From contig NC_043001.1 of NCBI RefSeq assembly GCF_006345805.1, positions 10,726,001 to 10,790,000 on the forward strand: a DNA stretch of 64,000 nt, written 5' to 3'. Within the stretch, counting starts at the first letter, position 1. Each line of letters begins with the position of its first letter. This document shows, one piece after another, positions 26,995 to 39,533 of the stretch. This DNA is from Octopus sinensis. Lineage: Eukaryota. The translations under genes were made by a program, and so were the position numbers. The notes under the pieces are model-generated. The model was not told where the DNA came from, did no database searches, and saw only the letters and a list, made by a program, of their open reading frames with translations.

Positions 26995-27250
26995 ATGTAT
27001 GTACGCCCTTACCTTCGAAATATGCATTGAGTCGAAACAGGGGCAGCTGATGAAGGGGAATATTCCTTGTATTGTTTGTCTTGTACTCTGTTTTTTAGTT
27101 GTTAAAAAAAGTCCGTTTCCTTGTTTGATTTTATGTTTTCGTTTCTCGTTGTGTTCTACGTTTATTTGTGGTGTCCTGTACTCATATATGCCTGTATATA
27201 TACATATAGATGTAGGTATGTGCATATATGTATGTATATGTTTTATTTAT
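26995..27250 (+). mobile_element. Family D element, 3' part
   Basis: CCTTACCTTCGAAA..CTGATGAAGGGGAATATTCCTTG..TGTAGGTATGTGCATATATG. Confidence 0.6.
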
Positions 27251-27258
27251 TAAATTGT

Positions 27259-27340
<82 letters not shown>

Positions 27341-27364
27341 GTATTTGTATATGTATATGTATAT

Positions 27365-27570
27365 ATATAAAACTGAGAATGTGTGTGTGTGTGTCTGTCT
27401 GTCTGTGTGTTTCCTAAAACTTGAGAACTACACAACCAATTTCATTCAAATTTTACACATGCCTTACTTCGGGTCCGAGGAGTGTCATCGGCAAAAAAAT
27501 GTTCAACTTCCTGCCTAGAGCGAGCCCATAGCAATATCATATCTTCTCCACTATTTCAGTATTACTATTT
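27365..27570 (-). mobile_element. Helentron-like element (family of 13296-13655)
   Basis: Reverse complement of one unit plus the (GACA)n end. Confidence 0.6.
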
Positions 27571-28174
27571 CAGTATTAAAAGTGAAACAAAAATATTTCT
27601 CTATTTTATGTCAGATGCTTTCATTTTAACAATAAAAATTATAATAACAATTGAATTATATGTAGTAAGTAATAATTAAAATCAAACTAAAGTATAATAT
27701 AATCGTAACATAACAAAAGTAAAAATAGCAATTGGTATAAAATTGCATCAATGATTTGAACTTGAATATGTGGTTTCACATGAATGGGAATAAATTAAAA
27801 GTAAAATTAGCGTACAGGAATGGAATAGTCCAGATGGATAATAAAAAATTAAATTAAAGAAAAGACTATTGTCTATAAAGTATACAATGTAGAGAAAAAA
27901 GAAGAGCTAACAATTCCAGTCTGTTATATATTTTGAGTATTGTTATCACTAGCGATATCAAGATATAACTTTGTATTTTGCATTTTATGTGTAGTTGTAT
28001 ATATATAGATGTACATGTAATATGTACACATATATATACACATATATACATGCACTAGCACTATGATCCGGCAACGACGGGTCTTTAATGCTAGTATATA
28101 TATATATGTATAAGGTTGAAAAGGGACACACGAGTTGATATATATATATATATTTTGGAAAGACATATACTTTG

Positions 28175-28815
28175 GAAAGATAATTTATACTTTGGAAAGA
28201 CAGCATGGATAAACTCCTCGATTTCAAAATAATGCTTAACAATATTAATAGCAACATACAATTCACCATGGAACACAACAGTAAACAACCCTCTTTTCTC
28301 GACATCCTAATTAAAATAGCCAATAACCAAATCGAAACAGACATCTTTTATAAACCCACAGATTCTAAACAATACCTATTATTTAACTCATGCCACCCCA
28401 AACACATAAAAATTAATATACCTTATAACCTAGCGAAAAGAATCTGTTCCATAGTTTCGGACACCAATACTCGTGAACGAAGACTCCTTGAACTCAGATC
28501 AATACTAATCAAAAGACATTACCCAATATCATTAATAAATGATGGCATTAAACGAGCTAAGGAAATAGATATACGAACATTAAGGGAAACCAACAGAAAT
28601 GTTAAACCAGACTTAAAAATACTCCCGTACATCTCTACACATAATCCTAGAAACAACGAATCCTTCAGCATAATCACCCAAAATCTTCCCATCCTCACAG
28701 GAGATAAAACAATGAACAAAACTTTAAGCATAGACAAAATTATCAAAAGCAAAATGCAACCTAAATCACTGAAAAAGATATTAACCGGCGCAAGACTATA
28801 TCCAGAAGCAAAAGT
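28175..28815 (+). mobile_element. Penelope-like element fragment: RT C-terminal/thumb region and linker, GIY-YIG domain missing
   Basis: Open frame FILWKDSMDKLLDFK..IQFTME..FLDILI..TDIFYKPTDSKQYLLFNSCHPKHIKINIPY..YPISLI..PYISTHNP..QPKSLKKILT, typical of PLE RTs. Confidence 0.9.
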
Positions 28816-28849
28816 GAAGTCGTCTTTCCCATCGCCAACCGGTGGTTGT

Positions 28850-28894
28850 CACATACTGATGACGGGTCAATACCCAGAAACTCGGGTCCGTGTG
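28850..28894 (+). ncRNA. Minimal hammerhead ribozyme motif
   Basis: CACATA-CTGATGA-C-GGGT CAAT ACCC-A-GAAA-CTCGGG-TC-CGTGTG. Confidence 0.6.
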
Positions 28895-29098
28895 TATCAC
28901 GTCAGGTTGGAGGTGGGAACGATGACTTTCCTTTGCAAATCCTGATAGGGCACAGATAGTGTGTCAATAGCCAGCTGGAGGAGATTTCCTCCTGGAAACT
29001 ACAAGCTACATTAGCATCGACCCTTAAGGGTTAACCACATTTAGGTGGCAAATATACTTCACGATGTCTTGCAGCTTCTGTTTATACCTCGCTCAGAG

Positions 29099-29153
<55 letters not shown>

Positions 29154-29552
29154 TTATATATATATATATATATATATATCGATCTGGCCACCAATTGACT
29201 TTGGTAAATGACAATGGATTAAATTAGTGTTTTTTTCTGAAATCTGATAGTTCAAGGGGATTATACAAGCGTTAAGTGTAAAGATTATGTAACGTTTGAA
29301 GTTATAATAATGAGTTTTACTAAATCTCTTCTTTTATTCGGCTCTCAGGTATAATTATACTCAGTAAATTATTCAAATGAATATGATACAGAGAGAAAAT
29401 TGGAAGACAAATTATGCTTAATACTTTCTTCTGAGTCGGCTCTACTTGGGAATGTTATAGAGTTGTAAGCATCGGTTTGCTACTTTGCTACTTTGCTATC
29501 TCTTTCGGAATATCGATTTTTTAATACACACACACACACACACACACACATT

Positions 29553-30806
29553 CCTACAGTGCTGATCCCAAAATTTGGGATACTTGATTGGTCTGTAGAG
29601 GAAACACACTCCGTAGATATCAAAATCCGTAAAATTCTGATAACAGGCGGTACCTAGGAAGAAATGATGGTGGCAGGGGTCTGAGATCAGAGCAGACAAC
29701 TTTCGAATGCCGTATGGTATCACTCAAGCAGCATCTGCTGAACAACAGAAGCGAAAATAAATATTTAAATGCAGTGTTGAAAAGGGAAGTGAGCAACATT
29801 GTATGAGTTGGCAGTGAGATTCTCAAGAAGCACTCACTTCCTGATGATCTCCTATACAACCCCAAAACAGGTGGGCTCTCTTACCTCAGAGAAGACCTGG
29901 ATGGAAAGTACTCAGCATACAAAAAATAAAAAGACTATGCATGGGTATGTTGCCCGGAAGCTTGAAGAAGACAAGACAGTAGAATCGACACAAAGCGCAG
30001 CCGCTCTTGGACATAAGGCCACTGCATCACACTTTGAAGGCTATGCGTTTGCAATTCAGGAACAGGAGATTGCCACTAAGTACCTGGTGAACAAAAGAGA
30101 CGGTGACGCTCTTGTAATCCCAAGATGCAACTGCTTGTATATACTATGTCATGCTTCTGTGGAAGACATCACGCATTTGATTAGCAGCTGTCTTAAAATG
30201 TCGTCACGGTATTCCCTCGCGAAGCGGCACGATGTTGTTACTAAAACAATTAACAATGCCATCCGCAAAAAAGACTGTCCTGAAATAAATTTAGGAAATC
30301 TCTCTGTTATGGAATACATTCATAAACACCAACTCAAGGAATACTGGTGGAATATTCCCATCAAAACTTCTGTCAAATGTAAACATAATAGGCCGGATAT
30401 TGTTGTTTAGGTCAGAGGGGAAAAGGTATGTACCGTCATAGAGGTCAGCCGCCCTGCAGATATAAATATCTCTTTGAAAATCAAAGAAAAAGAGGATATC
30501 TATGGACAGCTGCTTCGAAAGCTCCAGCTTCTATATCCAGACTATGAATTCATATTCATACCAATTATAATTGGAGAACTAAGTTTTGTTAGTAAATGCT
30601 TAAAGGAGAATCTGGATAAACTGGGATTTTCAGAGAGAGAAATCGTCCGGCTGATTCTTATATTACAAGTGCAATTTGCGAGTGGAACAGTAAAAATATG
30701 CAAGACCTTTCTCAAGTTCCAAATGTGAATTTGTCTGTGTTAACTACACCCCAAAGATGGAGCCTTGTATCTTTGGAAGGTTTATAATAATTAAAAAAGA
30801 GAGAGA
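29553..30806 (+). mobile_element. 5'-truncated Dong/R4-clade LINE (RT C-terminus, CCHC knuckle, restriction-like endonuclease)
   Basis: GGRGLRS, AIQEQEIATKY, C..C..VEDITHLISSC, RHDVV, WWNIPI..HNRPDIVV, IEVS.P, KEKEDIY, PIIIG; ends in (CATA)n. Confidence 0.88.
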
Positions 30807-31114
30807 CATACATATATACATATATACATACAGAAATATTTACATACATACATACATGCATACATACATGCATACATACATACATTCACACACCGTTGCT
30901 GATGCTGAACTTCCAATGAAGGAGCTTTCAATCTAGGTTAGAAACCGGCTCTTTCTCTGTAGGCAATATATCTTGAAATAAACATGAACAATGGCATACA
31001 TACATACTTACATACATACATAGATTCATACATACATACATTTACATAAATACATACATACGTACGTACATTCATACATATATACATATATACATATATA
31101 TACATACATACATA

Positions 31115-31355
31115 AGGAGACTCTTAAAGGACAATCTGGATAAACTGGGATTTTCAGAAAAAGAAATCGACCGGCTGATTCTTACATTACAAGTACAATC
31201 TGTGAGTGGAACAGTGAAAATATGCAAGACCTTTCTCAAGTTCCAAATGTGAATTTGTCTGTGTTAACTACATGCCAAAGATGGAGCCTTGTACCTTTGT
31301 TGGAAACCGGGTCCTTCCTCAGTGGAAGATTTATAATAATTAAGAAATAGAAGAT
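31115..31355 (+). mobile_element. Second, shorter Dong/R4 3' end in the same (TACA)n tract
   Basis: Aligns to 30597-30800 with scattered substitutions. Confidence 0.85.
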
Positions 31356-31398
31356 ACAAACATACATTGCTTCTGGGGCAAAAGGCACTCTTGTTTAT

Positions 31399-31577
31399 AT
31401 CGCTAGCGAGGTGATATTCCTTTTTTTCCCTCCTTGTTTTTTCTGTGTCCCTTTCTGTAGAAGAGCATATGCTCGAAACGTAAAATACTTTTTCTATTCC
31501 TGAGCGTTATAATAATACATCTGTTTGTTTTCTACACCACCTGTCTTCGTCTTTTGTTTTTTTCGTAAACTCTCCCT
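31399..31577 (+). mobile_element. Family H1 HHR element
   Basis: CTGTAGA-A-GAGC ATAT GCTC-GAAA-CGTA at 31455-31482. Confidence 0.75.
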
Positions 31578-31799
31578 GATATATTTATATACACACATTG
31601 ACTATGTAATACAGTATGACATGATCACAGGTAGAATCTATTAGGCAAGCTTCTATACAGTTTCCATCTGTCCAATTCCCCCACGTAATACATGAGACCA
31701 CTCGAGGCTACGGTAGAAGACACTTGCCGAAGGTGCTATACTGTGCAGTTCAGCCTGAGATTTTGCGATTACGAACCACGCTGCTATATCAAATTAAGG

Positions 31800-32690
31800 G
31801 AATTACAAAAAGATCTGTACTATGATGAGAACGGATCCCCAGGCCCAGATTTCCGAGCTGCTAATGGGCACAAAATAATAAAAAGATGTAGAAAAGGCAA
31901 TAAAATCAACGAAAGATGGGAAGGAAATTCACACTGATGAAATATCAGCAGAAGCATTAAAAGCTTTTGATAACCACAATCAGGTTCATATCGCAGACTT
32001 ATGGAATGTAATATATAAAACTGATTATATACCAACCGAGATGAAGCAGTTTGATATTTTATTACGAAAGTCACCGACAGATCGAAAGTACGCCGGGATC
32101 AGAAACATAAGATATTGAAACTGTTGCTAAAAATCATCCGACAATGAATCATTCATGACCAAATAAAGGAAGCGAGTCCAGTGCTAAGTGGTATTTGTGC
32201 AGGAATGAGGATTTATGAAAGAAAAAGGAACATTTGTGAAAGAGCTTGAGATTAAAAGATGTTACAAGGCATTTGACAGAAATATACAAAGATTATAGAC
32301 AGTCCATTAGAACGCAAAATATGTGATAAAAACCGATGCAGAACGACAAAAATCTGTTGGGAGCAAACAGCAATTGTAAGACATGAAGGGGAAAAAAATC
32401 CAGAATTTCAAATCAAGGAAGGAGTCAAACAAGGCTGTATACAATTTGCTAGTGAATTTAATTAATATACTGTACTCTTCAGAGAAAAAGTCGTGCCAGG
32501 AATGTCAATGGGCGGTGTGGACATCAACAAGTTTAGATAGGCAGACGATATAGCTTTGTTCGTTTTCAACAGAGATAACATACAGAAGCTTGGAACTACA
32601 GTAAATGGCTAAGGGATGTCATATCGAATGGAAATAATTGCAAAAAAAAAGAAAAAAATAATGGTAATCAACCAGAACAACAACTCTCAC
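31800..32690 (+). pseudogene. Decayed RTE(-BovB-like) LINE RT fragment
   Basis: DVEKAIKSTKDGK..DEISAEALKA, WNVIYKT..IP.EM, EGVKQGCI, INKFR*ADDIAL. Confidence 0.75.
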
Positions 32691-32829
32691 CCATTTCTCT
32701 CTCTCTTTCTCTCGCTCTCCTCACTTATTATTACTATTATTGTTATTATATTATTATTATTATTATTATTATTATGATTATTATTATTATTTTATTATTA
32801 TTATTATCATTATACCTAATACGCATGTA

Positions 32830-33790
32830 ATATATATATATATAATACATACACACTCACACAAACTACACACCACATACTTACACACACACCTCACCTG
32901 CACGCGCACACCCATGCATGACAACACACCATACACCCACTCACATACGCACACACCAACATAAACACGCACACGCACACACACACAAAACCCACACTCT
33001 CCCACACACTACACACGCACCTCCACTACACACACCACACGCACGCATACACACGCATACACACATACATTACACGTCCACACACACCTACATACACATG
33101 CATACACACACACACACAAACATGCACGGACACACCCAGACATACACACATACACCTTATACACACGCCCACACCCCTACATACACACACATATACACAC
33201 GCCCACACCCTACATATACACACACATACATACACACACACACGGACACACCCATACATACTTACATACATACACCTATACACACACGCCTACACACCTA
33301 CATACACACACATGCATACACACACACACATGTACGCACATACACACACATAACGCACATACAATATACCACCCACACACATGCACACACACACACACCA
33401 TACGCACATGCATGCATGCATGCACACGCGCACACCTACACGCATACACAACACACGCACGTACACATACATACATACACCACACGCATACATACATCCA
33501 TACACATACATGCATCCTAACACACATACATACACACTCACACATACATACACACACACACACTCACTCACACACCTGTATGTACGCGCACACACATGCA
33601 CATACACACACTTCCCCACACCCACAAGTACATACTACAACACACTCACACACATACACCACAACACGGACATACATCTATGCACACCATACATACACAC
33701 ATACTCACATACATTCATCGGACACACTGCCACCCCAGACATCACACAGACACACTCACACATCCACACACATACATACTTACGCGCCAT
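32830..33790. repeat. Degenerate (CA)-rich low-complexity block
   Basis: Direct reading. Confidence 0.9.
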
Positions 33791-34329
33791 ACTCGCAGGC
33801 GCGCGCACACACGCGCTTGCGCCGGTCCGCGCACGCATACGCGCCGCATGCACCTCGCTCTTGACCCGACGAGACCTCCCGCCCTTTCCTGGGACCGTCG
33901 CGTGTCGTTGGGTTTTCCCACGCCCGTCTCATCAGCTGGAGTCCTTTTTCCTTAAAACCCCCCCCTTTTTCGTTACACACACGCGCCACATATACATACA
34001 CACATTGCTTAAATATATACATTACTCTTACACACATTCAATCTACTCGCCATTAATACCACCAAACGACACTGGACACACACCCACACACACTACTACT
34101 CAACACAACACGCTGGCACGCTACCATACGGCCCCCACCCCTTCCCCTCCCTCCCTTCCTCCTTCCTTCTTTTTCTTACTACTGACCTTGTCTGCTAAGC
34201 TGACCACTAGTCTCACCCTACCTCACACGCCTACACACAGACGCACACACTAACACACATATATTTTTTGTTTTTTTCATCTCGCCTCACACACCACACA
34301 TACACCCACGCACACGCACACACTCACAC

Positions 34330-34650
34330 ATACACACACATCTGTTGCGTTACCAACCTTGTCTCCACTCTTTTGCCTTTTAAAAACCCACTTTGCTCTG
34401 TTATCGTAAACATCCGCCTTTCACCATGTGCACTCTTAAACAACCAGTCGTCCTTTTTCTCTTTCCCTGTTGCCCGCTCTGGGATCTTTCTTTCCTCTCT
34501 CTTCCTTCTTTATGTTTCCGACGAAGAGCTCCGCTCGAAACGTCATACCTCCCTGGCTTCCATTTCCTGAGCGCCTATTAATAATAATACTGTAATTGTT
34601 CCAGTGTTGTTGTTTTTTTTTGTTTCCCGTTTGGATTAAAATTTATATTC
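34330..34650 (+). mobile_element. Penelope-type pLTR with HHR (family H2)
   Basis: CCGACGA-A-GAGC TCC GCTC-GAAA-CGTC at 34518-34544; relative at 47610-47730 (-). Confidence 0.6.
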
Positions 34651-34901
34651 TATAATATGATATATAGGTGTGTTGTGTGGTTTGGTGTGTGGATGTATAT
34701 ATGTATATGCATATAGCATATATGTATGTATATGCATGTATGAATGTAAGTATGTAACGCATATACGGCTAGTTGTCGAAATCTTGCTGACGTTTGCACG
34801 AAAACTGTTGAGGGATTGCGCATGTCTGCGTACGTTGTATGGATGTTTTCCTGTTTTACGTATGTTTTTTTATCATCACCCTGTACTACATTATATATAT
34901 A

Positions 34902-35282
34902 TACTAGCAGTATCGCCCGGCGTTGCTCAGGTTTGTAAGGGAAATAACTATAAAGCATTTTTAGAGAGTTATAGCCAAAAAATAGCAAAAAAATGGGAAA
35001 AAAATGATGGTAAATTTTTTTTTGAGAGTTAAAAAAGGTCGAGTTGTGTCCCCTAGACAGTTTGTGGTTTGTGTTTCTGATTCTCGACCCCATGTCGAAT
35101 TTATCGATTTTTTTCAGAACTGGGGGAACTTTTCAAAATTTTCGCTGCGTTAGTTTTGAATTATGACATTGGGCTATGTGTGTGTCAAGTTTCATCAGAA
35201 TCGGTTGGAAGCCGTGGTCAGGGTAGGGTACAACCAAACAGACACACAGAAACACACACAGACAAACTGCCGTTTTATATAG

Positions 35283-35284
<2 letters not shown>
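34902..35284 (+). mobile_element. Helentron/DINE-1-like element (third family)
   Basis: Same ACTAGCAGTATCGCCCGGCGTTGCTC start as 11074 and 23217, different body, CAGACA repeats and TTTTATATAGAT end. Confidence 0.6.
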
Positions 35285-35349
<65 letters not shown>

Positions 35350-35351
<2 letters not shown>

Positions 35352-35662
35352 AAAGTAATTTTAGAGACAGAACCACCTCCAGCTCAATCAACACTGAAAG
35401 ATTTTGTACCCGTCCACTCCATAAAATGTTAAAAATTAAATCTTATGCTAACCCGAGTAAGTATTGAAACTAGATACCTCGTATCTAATCAATACCGACG
35501 TACTTTCATGTAACACGTGTAGTCTTATAACCGGAAAATGCAGGATTCAGAATAGAAATAGTTAGTATAAGATTTAATATTTAACATTTTATGGAGTGGT
35601 CGGGTATAAAATCTTTCAGTGTTGATTGAGTTGAAGGTGGTTGTCTCTAAAATTATTTTTAT
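35350..35662. mobile_element. TA-flanked MITE with ~100-bp TIRs
   Basis: 35350-35452 is inverted at 35561-35662. Confidence 0.85.
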
Positions 35663-36021
35663 ATATACGAATTAGACATTTTAGTACATCTAATTTGAAT
35701 GTCTTTTCCTGTGTACTCGGAGTTAATATTCTCTTATAATTATATATGTGTGTGTATTTATTTGTATACACACACACACAACACACACACATATATATAT
35801 ATATAATATATATATTATATAATATATATATATATAATATATAACTTAGGGTAACAAGAATATTTACCGAAAAATTCTTAGTTACCAGTGGTCTAGCGAG
35901 AAAAAATTAGTTAGTCAAATTGTCAATGATGATATAATAATAATAATAATAATAATAATGATGATGGATGATGATTGATGATGATGATGATGACGATGAT
36001 AATAATAATAATAATAATAAT

Positions 36022-36076
<55 letters not shown>

Positions 36077-36084
36077 TAACTGTT

Positions 36085-36332
36085 TATATGGCGTAGTGGT
36101 TAAGAGAGCGGGCTACTAACCCCAAGATAACCGAGTTCGATTCCAGGCAGCGACCTGAATAATAATAATAGTAATGATAATAATAATAACATCGAAAAAT
36201 ATCTTAGGAATGATAACCCAGGTTCGAAATTTTCCCAAATAACCTGATGAAGGCTGGAGGGTATATCAGCCGAAACGTTGTGTTAACAACAAACAAGATG
36301 AAGACAAATATCCGTCAAATGTAAATAATGTA
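36085..36332 (+). mobile_element. tRNA-headed SINE with a hammerhead-containing 3' tail
   Basis: A-box TGGCGTAGTGG 36089-36099, B-box GTTCGATTCC 36135-36144, (TAA)n linker, CTGATGA-A-GGCTG..CAGCC-GAAA-CGTT at 36244-36279. Confidence 0.75.
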
Positions 36333-36532
36333 TACATACATATATACATATACATACAAATGTAGATACACACACGCACTCGTGCGCCCCCACAAGACAC
36401 ACACATATATCACCAAAAGTACGTATCGCAACTAACAGAAAGGTAACTGAACAGACCGCAAACGACAATACACCTGTTATATATATATATAATATATAAT
36501 ATATATATATATATAATATATATATTATATAT

Positions 36533-36632
36533 NNNNNNNNNNNNNNNNNNNNNNNNNNNNNNNNNNNNNNNNNNNNNNNNNNNNNNNNNNNNNNNNNNNN
36601 NNNNNNNNNNNNNNNNNNNNNNNNNNNNNNNN
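36533..36632. other. Assembly gap (100 N)
   Basis: Run of N; distance and adjacency across it are unknown. Confidence 1.
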
Positions 36633-37522
36633 GCATGCAGTTCAATGCTGAAAAGTTTCAAGCTTTATACTATCAGCATGTAAAACTAAATGCAATACCC
36701 AATGAATACACTGGACCCGGAGGAATTGCAATCCCAGAGGCACAATCAGTGCGTGACCTGGGTATTTACATGAGTGATGACGCAACCTTTCGTGTACATG
36801 TTGCTAAATTGGTAATGAAATGTAGACGACTGGCCGGATGGATCCTCAGAACATTTAGAACAAGAGAACAGAAACCATGATGGTCCTCTGGAGGAACTTG
36901 TCCTAAGCCACTTTGACTACTGCTCTCAGTTATGGTCACCATCCAGTGTCAAGTTGATCACAGAGCTCGAGGCGATCCAACGTAGCTACATGAAGAAGAT
37001 AGCCTCTATGCAGAATGTAAGCTACTGGGAAAGACTCAGGAAATTAAAATTATTTCCTGGAGCGTAGGCGGGAAAGATATGCCATAATATACATCTGGAA
37101 GATCCTGGAGGGAAGTGTCCTGACTTTGGCATCGAGAGTTACGCAAATGCCAGAAACTGGGCGCCACTGCGTGGGTGCCTAGGACTCCAAAATTGCCATC
37201 AAGATGTAGGACAAGATTCTGTGATAGCCTGGGCTTCCGAGGCCCACAGCTCTTCAATATCCTCCGAAGAACCTGAAGAGACCTGCATGGGGTGGATACA
37301 GATGTCTCTTAGAATGAAGCTGGATCTCTTCCTGTCAGGTGTCCCAGATGAACCAACTTCACGGCAGGAGGGGCAGATGAGGGCAGCTGCATCGAACTCT
37401 CTCATGCACCAAATAGCAGTTGCTAGAAAGCCTCATGAAGTGCAACCAAGTAGCAAACACCAAATGGCGGTGCCCAGCATGGCCACAGCTCATAAGCTGA
37501 AACTGGAAAATCAAATCAAATA
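36633..37522 (+). mobile_element. CR1-group LINE 3' part (related to 15345-17000)
   Basis: MQFNAEKFQAL, VRDLGI, GWILRTFRTRE, HFDYCSQLWSP, LEAIQR, ERRRERY, SLGFRGPQLFN, KLDLFLSGVPDEP; tail GGCGGTGCCCAGCATGGCCACAGCTCATAAGCTGAAAC. Confidence 0.92.
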
Positions 37523-37609
37523 TTAATATATGCATATATTATATATGTATATATATATATGTATATATATATATAATATATATATGTATAATATATATAT
37601 ATATGTTAT

Positions 37610-37653
<44 letters not shown>

Positions 37654-37678
37654 GATATATATATATATATATATTAGC

Positions 37679-37728
<50 letters not shown>

Positions 37729-38134
37729 ATATCGTTGCTTTTATGTTAAACGACGTGTGTCAAATTTGGCCAGGTGCGTTTTTTCAATATTTACTTTTGC
37801 TTGCAATAGCTGGTTCTTTTGTTCAAACTCTCGTATCTTCAGCTGCTTCAGATGCCAAGATATCGAAAATTGTCAGTGTAGCATAACGGGTTTGGTACGG
37901 AATGGGGAAACTATTTTTTTTATTTTTGAAAAAGCAACGTTTTGGACTTACGACAATTTTGTATAATAGCAACCACACACACATATGTATGCTATATATA
38001 TATATATGTTAAGTATATATGATGAAATATTAAATCGGAATACATATGTATATATACTTATTATATAATAATATTGTATGTATGTATTATATATGTATGT
38101 GTATATATGTATGTATATATGTATATATATATAC

Positions 38135-38204
<70 letters not shown>

Positions 38205-38250
38205 ATATATATATATGCATATATTTACATATATTAAACTCTTATCTATC

Positions 38251-38370
38251 ACACCTGATGAAAGAGGCTTTACCAGTGGTTGTTTGCTTCCCTTATTGGT
38301 TGCAAAGTTTGATGAACTACATCTGCCAACACAATGAAGTAACTCTGGACCCTCTGAAACAGCTGTCGGA
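38251..38370 (+). ncRNA. Hammerhead-like motif with a long insert in stem II
   Basis: CTGATGA (38255-38261)-A-AGAGG ... CCTCT (38351-38355)-GAAA-CAGCTG-TC. Confidence 0.45.
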
Positions 38371-38643
38371 CTTGTAACGTCTTCTTACTTCTATTTCTCT
38401 GAGTGTATCTAATTTGAGTATGTGTAGTTTATTAAAATATGTATATTTATACTTGATTGTTAAGCGTCTGATAATTTTAATTTTGCTTTCTCTTTTTACA
38501 TGTATACATGCATATATATTTTGTACATTTAAACCCAAGGTCTCTATCTGTTTAATTGAATTATTGTGTACATATATTTAGGTATGTTCATATATATATA
38601 TGTAAGCATATATGTGTGTGTTTGTGAGTGTATAATCGCCAGA

Positions 38644-39533
38644 TATTGGCTCACCCCATAAATGATGCGTTTTTCAATTGCATGAACTAAAAGTCGGATG
38701 GTGACGAAATAAACTACCTGCTATAAAAGCAGGTAGTAATTTTACCTTGTCCTTATTCTTAGTGCAAGTTTTGAAGAGTGCAGTTCGATTTTAACAGTCA
38801 TTTTTTTCAAAGCTATGATACAAGTGACAAAGAGCATATCCGGCATATTTTACTTTATGATTTCAATAAAGGCAACAAAGTAACAGAAAGTGCGAGAAAT
38901 ATTAATGCGGTATATGGGGATCGGACAGAAACCGGAAGCTAGTGTCAACGGTTGTTCTAGAGATTCCGAACCGCAAACTACAGTCTAGAAGACGAGCCTC
39001 ATCCTGGATGATCTGTAGAGCTCGACGAGGACGTCCTGCAAACCCTGGTGAAGCAAAATCCCATCATAACTGTTGAGGAACTAGCAGAGAAGCTTGGATT
39101 TGGTCATTCAACCTGTCATTTAAGTCAGCGCTAGAAGAAAAACGACCATCATTAGTTCCAAGACAGAAGGTGTTCTTCCATCAGGATAATGCTCGGCCAC
39201 ATCCAGCAAGGATGACATTTCAAAGGTTGGAGCAATTTGAATAAAAAAACCCACCATATTCGCCGGACATTGCCCCATCTGATTATCATTTATTCTGCAA
39301 TCTTCAAAGTTATTTTGACGGAAAAGAAGTCAGAACAGTACTGGAGGAGTATTTTCGCCACTGACAAGTGAACTTTGGAAGAGGGGCCTTGCAAGTGCAT
39401 CAGATAGACTGAAGAGCATTGTAGAAAATGAAGGAGAGTATACTTTAGATTAATAATGAACTTTGTTTAGATTAATTTTGAAAAATATAAGAAGCATAAA
39501 AAAAATCCGCATTATTTATGCGATGACCTAATA
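38644..39533 (+). mobile_element. Internally deleted mariner transposon with dead transposase
   Basis: TIRs TATTGGCTCACCCCATAAATGATGCG / CGCATTATTTATGCGATGACCTAATA; HIRHILLYDFNKG, SLEDEPHPG, ELAEKLG, HQDNARPH, PPYSPDIAPSDYHLF. Confidence 0.9.

Noticed and set aside
31934-31956. CTGATGA..GAAG hammerhead-like string
   Set aside because: Lies within RTE coding remnant (TDEISAEA) with no stem III or stem I; coincidental
36400-36700. Linking the LINE at 36633 to sequence left of the gap
   Set aside because: The 100-N gap makes adjacency unknowable; ORFs spanning it are artefacts
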